DNA of 54,408 bases from positions 1-54,408 of the forward strand of contig NIVC01004218.1 of NCBI GenBank assembly GCA_002269645.1, given 5' to 3'. The translations under genes were made by a program, and so were the position numbers. The notes under the pieces are model-generated. The model was not told where the DNA came from and made no database searches. It worked only from the letters and a program-made list of their open reading frames with translations. Shown here piece after piece: positions 48,374-54,408 of the stretch (position 1 is its first letter; the number at the start of each line of letters is the position of its first letter). The DNA is from Macrostomum lignano (Eukaryota).

Positions 48374-49528
48374 ATGAAGCGGAAAAGTTCATATCATATC
48401 TCTGAACTAGAAAAGCTGGCGCAAGCAGAGAAACGAGTTACCGGACTAATCAACAAAGAACAACAATCTTACAATGAATTCGTCCAAGCAGCCACCGAAT
48501 TTCACAAACCTGGATACACAGAAGCGAAGAAAAACATCGACACTGTGAAGGAAACAATTGATGATATTCAAGAGAGCCAATTGCAAAACACATTGGGTAA
48601 AATCCCATCTTCACCGGAACAACCACAGGCTCAGCAACCAGGACAACCAGTGCAGATGAATGTGACGGATAACTTTTTTGGCCCCGTAATGGTTGATGGA
48701 AAATATATTTTTGGAATTAGCGCCTGGCGAAAAGAAATTACCAAGGAACCGGTGGATTACAACATTGAAGTGACAAAGGAAAATATTTCAATCAATAAAG
48801 GTGTAGAAACTAAAAGAATCCCCTACACTAAAACTTTACTTGATTACATGACTAAAAATCTAGAGAAAACGTCTGAAAAGCAGCTAAAAAATTACAAAGA
48901 TCTTGTTACCTTCGCTTTAGAGAGGGACATAGACATTCTCAAGAACAACGGTGTTTTGAAAGTTTTACATGAAAACAGGATTGACTTGAACAGGTTTAGA
49001 AAATACAAATACTTTAAACAATGGTTTGGTTTGCCAGATCAGTTGGAAGTCATAAAATATCTAGAACAACAACAGCAGCAACCACAACAACAGCAACAAC
49101 CACAGCAACCACAACCTCCACAGCAACAAAAAACCCAGGTTGATCAAGTACTTGATCAACTTGACGCCGCAGAACCGATTCTTGTTTCGCAGTACAAAGA
49201 TACAAACCCTGATACTTGGCGACAATTAGAGCGGCTCTCCCCAGAACGAATGAAGCGAATCAATGACAGATTATTCACACCTCAACAAAGACAAGCGCCA
49301 CATGACAGTTCCTCCTCTGACCAATCATTCGAATCACCTCCAAGCTCTTCCGGAAAAGGCATGCCTGAATTCTACAAGCGGTTAGCTGTTCTTCTAGGAG
49401 CGGCAAAGACTGGAATGAAAGACGAGAATAGAAAAGAGTTCGTTCATATCCTAGACAAAATGCTTGAGAGAAAATGCATCGATAAAAGAGCAAGAGAACT
49501 TTTGCTTTCACGGTTTAACAAAAAATAA
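48374..49528 (+). CDS. Polinton conserved accessory protein, 384 aa, Q/P-rich tract
   Basis: Long intact ORF; C-terminal GKG-M...KRLAVLLGAAKTG...EFVHILDKMLE resembles the RLxLLxxxxxAGN...EIxxI helical motif of Maverick accessory proteins. Confidence 0.65.
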   Translation: MKRKSSYHISELEKLAQAEKRVTGLINKEQQSYNEFVQAATEFHKPGYTEAKKNIDTVKETIDDIQESQLQNTLGKIPSSPEQPQAQQPGQPVQMNVTDNFFGPVMVDGKYIFGISAWRKEITKEPVDYNIEVTKENISINKGVETKRIPYTKTLLDYMTKNLEKTSEKQLKNYKDLVTFALERDIDILKNNGVLKVLHENRIDLNRFRKYKYFKQWFGLPDQLEVIKYLEQQQQQPQQQQQPQQPQPPQQQKTQVDQVLDQLDAAEPILVSQYKDTNPDTWRQLERLSPERMKRINDRLFTPQQRQAPHDSSSSDQSFESPPSSSGKGMPEFYKRLAVLLGAAKTGMKDENRKEFVHILDKMLERKCIDKRARELLLSRFNKK

Positions 49529-49544
49529 ATTTCTATTTAAAAAG

Positions 49545-49925
49545 ATGCCAATTATTTTCGAAAAAGACATTGACAAATACTACGACAAAGAGGAACTTAA
49601 TCTCATTAAACGCGGATCTGGACTTTTCCCTGCAGGCCACTATCCAAGAAAAGAACGCTCTGGGAATGGCCTTGCTGATTTGATCGCTCAAGGGGCCAAG
49701 ATTTTTAAGGTCATTGGAGAGAACAAAGAGAACATCAAGAACGTTGCCGAAGCGGCTGGCAGTGTAGCCACAGCAGCCAAGAGGATTAAAGATACGGTTA
49801 ATGAAACCCAGAAATCAATACCAGATATTCAACCCCTTGCACTGAGTGCAGATAGTGTCGATCCAGCCATCTACGCAAAGATGAGAGCTGAATATAAGAA
49901 AGGAGGCGGTTTTAAATTTGACTAA
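49545..49925 (+). CDS. Putative virion core / membrane-lytic precursor, 126 aa
   Basis: First ATG at 49545; three GxG-hydrophobic motifs (RGSG-L, SGNG-L, KGGG-F) and an amphipathic helix LADLIAQGAKIFKVIG. Confidence 0.6.
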   Translation: MPIIFEKDIDKYYDKEELNLIKRGSGLFPAGHYPRKERSGNGLADLIAQGAKIFKVIGENKENIKNVAEAAGSVATAAKRIKDTVNETQKSIPDIQPLALSADSVDPAIYAKMRAEYKKGGGFKFD

Positions 49926-50123
49926 TTTGGTGCACCCTGACGGTAAAAGAGGTGTGAGGGTGTAGGACTAGTCGGATGTAGGACTAGTCAAAAAAAGACA
50001 CACACAACCCGAAAAAAAGACACACACATCCCGTAAAGAGACACACACATACACATCCCGCAAAGAGACACACGCGTCTTAAATACACAAGTTTAAAAAG
50101 AAAAATTTTTTTTTACATAAAAA

Positions 50124-50924
50124 ATGGACTTCACAAACGACTTTCATCCCCACTGGACACGCAATCAGATAAAATTTGCTCACAACGAGATAATTCCAGG
50201 GCATTTCCGATGCATTGTTGTTGGCTCATCTGGGTCAGGGAAAACCTTCAGAGTTTTTAACATGCTCCTCAGACCTGGATTCCTCGATTATGACACACTA
50301 CATATCTATTCACCCACTCTGTATCAAGATGAGTATAAAATGCTAGTAGCGGGCCTACAGAACAAACTCAACAAGGAAGATATTATTCAATGTTTTAGAC
50401 ATCAAAAAGACCTCAACAGCAACCCGGAAGTTGTAGCCACTGAATACGCAAAACACATCCCAGACAATGAAAAATGGCAAAACATTAAAGTTTTCACTTA
50501 TGGAGATCCACAGATAGATCCTAAAACTAAACTCTTACCTCAACCTGATGAACTAGAAAAGGGGAGAAAGCACCTGATTGTCTTTGATGACTGCATGACC
50601 GGTCCCCAGAAACAGATAGAAAATTATTTCACCCGGGGTAGACACAATAACTGCAATGTTATTTACATTGCCCAAAACTGGTTTGAACTGCCAAATAAAA
50701 CAATTAGAGGTAACTGTAATTTGATTCTCCTTTTCCCAACCATACCACAGGATCGACTGAAACGATTTTATAATGAGGTCATTGCCCCAGCTCACATTAC
50801 ATATCCAGCTAAGAACTCTAACAGAACAATATCACAGGAGGAATTTGTTAACATATGCTATGAAAAGTGGAACCAACCCTATCAGTTTGTCATGATTAAT
50901 AAGGAGAAAAGAATTTTACTTTAA
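50124..50924 (+). CDS. A32/FtsK-like DNA packaging ATPase, 266 aa
   Basis: Walker A GSSGSGKT, Walker B LIVFDD, RGRHNN arginine motif, IAQNWF, and IRGNCN. Confidence 0.93.
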   Translation: MDFTNDFHPHWTRNQIKFAHNEIIPGHFRCIVVGSSGSGKTFRVFNMLLRPGFLDYDTLHIYSPTLYQDEYKMLVAGLQNKLNKEDIIQCFRHQKDLNSNPEVVATEYAKHIPDNEKWQNIKVFTYGDPQIDPKTKLLPQPDELEKGRKHLIVFDDCMTGPQKQIENYFTRGRHNNCNVIYIAQNWFELPNKTIRGNCNLILLFPTIPQDRLKRFYNEVIAPAHITYPAKNSNRTISQEEFVNICYEKWNQPYQFVMINKEKRILL

Positions 50925-50940
50925 TTTTTTATTTAAAAAA

Positions 50941-51675
50941 ATGTCTATTAATTTTGCAGGTGAGTCAACTACAGGCAACAGCACTCTCACAACTTCCTTC
51001 CTTGATAAGCGCTACATTAACACTGATGAGGAGATCCCAGAGATCAAACTGAATAAAAACAGACTGAAACAATTAGAACGTTCCATGCACCAGTTGCAAA
51101 TGAACATGGAAGATCTCAGGCTTAAAGTAGCTAGACAGAAGTTTGACAGTGATAAGCTTTATGTGCCGTTGTTAAACGCAACTAATGAACTAAGGTCAGA
51201 AATAACTTCGATAGTCTCGCAAATCAACGGCTTAAGATCATCAGTTAATCTTCTGGGAAATTCCATTGATAGACGGATGCGTATTCTTGAAGGAGGAGTT
51301 TTCACAAACACAGCTAAAGTGAATAATTTAGAAGAGTTCATGAACCAGTCAACAGCATTGCATGATAGAATTAAAGAAAACGTCGCAACCAACACAGTTA
51401 AAGTGAGGAATTTAGAAGAGTTCATGAACCAGTCAACAGCGTTGCATGATAGAATTAAAGAAAAACTTGAAGCATTAAAGAGAAACGATGTATCACACAG
51501 TAGCTATCTAAACGGAATGTATAGCTCTTGGGGTAAAATACTAAGGAGGCTTAATCGTCTGGAGAGAACACTCAATCTTCGTGATATTGCTATTGATGAA
51601 GCAGAATCTACTGCTCGTCCGGTCGTTACTGCAGATGAAATTATCAAAAAGAAAACAGATCTTCAAACCGGGTAG
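50941..51675 (+). CDS. Coiled-coil protein, 244 aa (candidate fibre)
   Basis: Intact ORF, heptad-rich, with an internal 28-aa duplication; function inferred only. Confidence 0.6.
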   Translation: MSINFAGESTTGNSTLTTSFLDKRYINTDEEIPEIKLNKNRLKQLERSMHQLQMNMEDLRLKVARQKFDSDKLYVPLLNATNELRSEITSIVSQINGLRSSVNLLGNSIDRRMRILEGGVFTNTAKVNNLEEFMNQSTALHDRIKENVATNTVKVRNLEEFMNQSTALHDRIKEKLEALKRNDVSHSSYLNGMYSSWGKILRRLNRLERTLNLRDIAIDEAESTARPVVTADEIIKKKTDLQTG

Positions 51676-51709
51676 TTTTGTAATTTTTTTATTTTTTCTA
51701 GAGAAAAAA

Positions 51710-52422
51710 ATGGCCCAACAAAATTCTCTATACGATCAGTCTCAATACGTTGAACCTAAAATACCGACAGCACCAAACCCAATGGCACCGAATTCGAACA
51801 CACAAAGCCTGGCACCGAATCTGAATGCACCCAATATGAGCAGCAAAAACTCTACCCCGTCATTACTTGTAACTCTCAACAGTTTTGACTGGTGGAGATT
51901 CAAAAAATGCGCGATGATCTTGAAAAAATTATTTTCCACAACACAAAGAAAATTAAGCGCTATGACAACCACTGTAAATTTTTCGACTACAGCAATATGA
52001 TTCTAGGATCTGTGTCTGTTCTAACTGGGTCTGCTGCAGCTGTCTCAGTGTTGCTAGTCATCACAGCCCCAATCGCAATCCCGCTCGGCTCTGTGGGTGC
52101 TGCATGTGGACTTATTTCAGCAATTACTGGAGCAGTAGCGCGAAACAGGCGAAAAAAACTAAAGCAGCTACAGGAGAAGCAAGTAAAAGAGAAAGGAGTG
52201 CACACTTCAATCATAGGGTACATTTCAAGGGCAATCGAGGATAAGCTCATTTCAGAGGATGAGTTCAAAACCATTCAGGATCTTTATGAACAATCAATTC
52301 GAATGAACTTGAACATGGTCGGTACTGATGACATGAGTCAGCTGAAAAATGAACTCGAGAAAGTTTTTCAACATTATGCGGAAAGAAAGTCGGCAAGAAG
52401 AACGGTGAGAAATGCACAATGA
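51710..52422 (+). CDS. Polinton two-TM membrane protein (GasderminX-like), apparently frameshifted near 51887
   Basis: Pro-rich N-terminus from ATG 51710; C-terminal ORF 51892-52422 has a hydrophobic hairpin (MILGSVSVLTGSAAAVSVLL/ITAPIAIPLGSVGAACGLISAI) and ISRAIEDKLISEDEFKTI, typical of this Maverick family. Confidence 0.65.
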
Positions 52423-52426
52423 ACCC

Positions 52427-52826
52427 CTATGAAACACAGGTACGAATAATTTCCTTGTAGGTCTTTCGTGTTTTGGTCATTGCATACAAAACAGTCATGC
52501 ACAGCTCACCGCAAATATCACTGCTAAGACCTTGAAGAATAAAGTCTGAGTGGTAAATTTTTTTATTATTTTCCCCTTCATATAATTTCTTAGCTCTTCT
52601 GGTACTGCCGTCCCATAGCTATCAAAGTAATAACACTTGTGCTTGCGATCGGGATCAATCACCCAGCAAACCAATGAGATCCTGGCTTATCGGTGGTGTC
52701 AAAGTTCATGATGCCGCATTCCTTTCTTAGAGGAAAATCAGGCAGAGTGTCCCTCATAAATATTCCTCTAAAGTTTGGGATTTCCAGTTCGTTAGCCAAA
52801 TCTTCAAGAAAGTTATTTGTCGTCAT
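52427..52826 (-). CDS. Adenain-like (C5/Ulp1-fold) cysteine protease, two -1 frameshifts as sequenced
   Basis: ATG 52826; FRGIFMRD...ECGIMNFD...GSHW | W...YYFDSYG | LQ...SDICGELC...stop at 52429-52427. H, D, Q and C catalytic residues are present; restoring 2 nt gives 133 aa. Confidence 0.85.
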
Positions 52827-52890
52827 TTTTATGTCACATTTTATGAGGTTTATTAAACTTTCTCTTAAACCTAAACCCAATCTCCACCTC

Positions 52891-54408
52891 CTAAACCCAA
52901 CCTCCTAAGCCTAATCTCCAATGCCCGAACGGCAGACTGTTGATATTGTCATCAAAAATGAATCTCTTGTTATCTGCACCTGACAGTCCAATCTTCTTTT
53001 GCTGAATTGTGTGAATAATATGGTTTTTAGATTGTAGCTTTGAGAACTCATGAGATGTCTTTTTGTTGCAATTCAAGGCGTCTCTGTATTCAGCTTCATT
53101 AATTTCCTTCCTAACCACACGTTTCGGAATTCCCTTTGATTTTTTAATTGGGTCTGACGACTCACATTTTACAAAATAGGACTTTGCTCTCAACCCAATG
53201 AATTCAGTGATTATGTCACCAGCAATCTCGTCCTTCATTTTCCCAATCACTTTCTTGTTAGTGGCGTCAAACACTTGATCGCCCTTCTGTGTCCTGCAAG
53301 ATTCATCATACTCAGACAAGTCAAACAAATCTTTTTGCTGCAGCATGTCCTGATAAATGTCTTCTGTTTGAATGTCCATAATAAAACTGTCTGTGTCAGT
53401 GTACAAGAGTTTCATTTTATCCTTGTACTGCTGCTTCATGCCATAGAAGAACTGGTACATCAGACGTTTTGATTCGTCGAGTACAGTGACACCTGTATAG
53501 ATCGGCTTGCGCAGCGTCACCTTAGTTTTGTAAAATATGATCACACCTAAGTAGCTATTAAAGATATGGAGTTCTTTGAATGTTGGCTTTGACATATTTG
53601 CCTGAATAACAGCAGGCTCTGATGAGGTAACAAGTTTCAGGTTTGTTCTTTTCCGCTCATTTTCAAGAGTCTTGCCATAGACAGAGTTGTTGGCTAACTT
53701 AAAGAGGTTCTTGTCAAAGTCGTTGGTTGCTTTGGTCCTAAACTTGGTGTTCATATCAATGTAGGGTTTCATCCACGCTTCCTCTGTAAATGTAAGAGCC
53801 CGGTGAACTTTGGTGACCCTGCAACCAAGTGAGATAAAATACTGAAGCAGTTTGTAATGGATTTTGTAACGTGTCTTGTTGTTTAGATTCTGTGTTAGTT
53901 TCTCTGTATGTTCTTTTTCTGTTCCTGACAGGTGCCAAGTTCCATTAATATCATTGGGAGTTTCGATTATTTTCGGGCACTTGATGTTCTCTGGGAAGGG
54001 TGGAAAGTCAGAGAAATAGTCGTGAAGCTCTGGTGGAATGTAAACATCAACCTCATAAATGGCAGCCAATGAAAAGTCCCATTTGAATTCTGATGAGGGT
54101 AGCCATCGAAAATCTCTAACTGGAAGATCTTGACTCATCGCCCACCCGTAGAGATTATTAGCGTCCAAGTAAGTAATGTAGTTTGAGGGCTGCTCCTTAT
54201 TGTAAGATTCAATGTAGGGATTGTTTGCTTTTGCATACCTGTTAACGCAAATTGAGATTCCCCCTCGCTTTGACGATTCGACAAAATTGTACATGTCAAT
54301 GTCTGTAAGAAGTTCAATGTACCAATCTGGATCTTGATCCCATTTCATTTTAAGCAAAGATTCCGCTGGTGCAGGCAGAGACACATAATGTGCTGGATCG
54401 AGGCCATA
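52891..54408 (-). CDS. Protein-primed family B DNA polymerase, C-terminal part (5' end beyond the window)
   Basis: Frame open to the window edge (YGLDPAHY); motif A YLDANNLYGWAMSQDLP, motif B KLANNSVYGK, motif C YTDTDS, plus GKMKDE, EFIGLRAKSY and KSKGI. Confidence 0.95.
   Translation of the reverse strand, partial: YGLDPAHYVSLPAPAESLLKMKWDQDPDWYIELLTDIDMYNFVESSKRGGISICVNRYAKANNPYIESYNKEQPSNYITYLDANNLYGWAMSQDLPVRDFRWLPSSEFKWDFSLAAIYEVDVYIPPELHDYFSDFPPFPENIKCPKIIETPNDINGTWHLSGTEKEHTEKLTQNLNNKTRYKIHYKLLQYFISLGCRVTKVHRALTFTEEAWMKPYIDMNTKFRTKATNDFDKNLFKLANNSVYGKTLENERKRTNLKLVTSSEPAVIQANMSKPTFKELHIFNSYLGVIIFYKTKVTLRKPIYTGVTVLDESKRLMYQFFYGMKQQYKDKMKLLYTDTDSFIMDIQTEDIYQDMLQQKDLFDLSEYDESCRTQKGDQVFDATNKKVIGKMKDEIAGDIITEFIGLRAKSYFVKCESSDPIKKSKGIPKRVVRKEINEAEYRDALNCNKKTSHEFSKLQSKNHIIHTIQQKKIGLSGADNKRFIFDDNINSLPFGHWRLGLGGWV

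Larger units (their letters stand above)
45465..54408. mobile_element. Polinton/Maverick (adintovirus-like) endogenous viral element, one end; continues beyond the window
   Basis: Tightly packed intronless cluster of mCP, MCP, A32-like ATPase, adenain-like protease and protein-primed PolB. Left boundary inferred from AGTAGA at 45465. Confidence 0.92.

Noticed and set aside
45465-54408. Bacterial prophage or contamination as the source of the intronless cluster
   Set aside because: The gene set (pPolB, A32-type ATPase, adenain-like protease, jelly-roll capsids) is that of eukaryotic Polintons, there are no Shine-Dalgarno patterns, and the junction lies in a host-type minisatellite.

Overview
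Repeat-rich, intron-containing animal genomic DNA. The style (GC-rich exons, minisatellite-filled introns, a long GACT tract) is reminiscent of flatworms such as Macrostomum, which is an inference only. Host genes are the 3' part of a cyclic-nucleotide-binding (CNBD2-like) gene (+), a compact minus-strand trio UBE2S-TIMM22-CUL4 whose exons I could splice in frame, and two exons of a claudin/PMP22-like gene (+). Between 21 and 36 kb lies a transposon graveyard. It contains a 4.4-kb hAT element with perfect TIRs and an 8-bp TSD but a damaged transposase, nested in an older inverted-repeat element, plus several hAT-type MITEs. One MITE pair differs almost entirely by CpG loss. The last ~9 kb is the end of a Polinton/Maverick (adintovirus-like) endogenous virus. 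It carries intronless genes for minor and major capsid, packaging ATPase, cysteine protease, protein-primed PolB (running off the window), putative core, fibre and membrane proteins, and an orphan ORF. Its probable terminus (AGTAGA at 45465) abruptly cuts a 33-bp minisatellite. Several genes carry isolated 1-bp indels that may be sequencing errors. All homology calls are by motif recognition; no database search was run.
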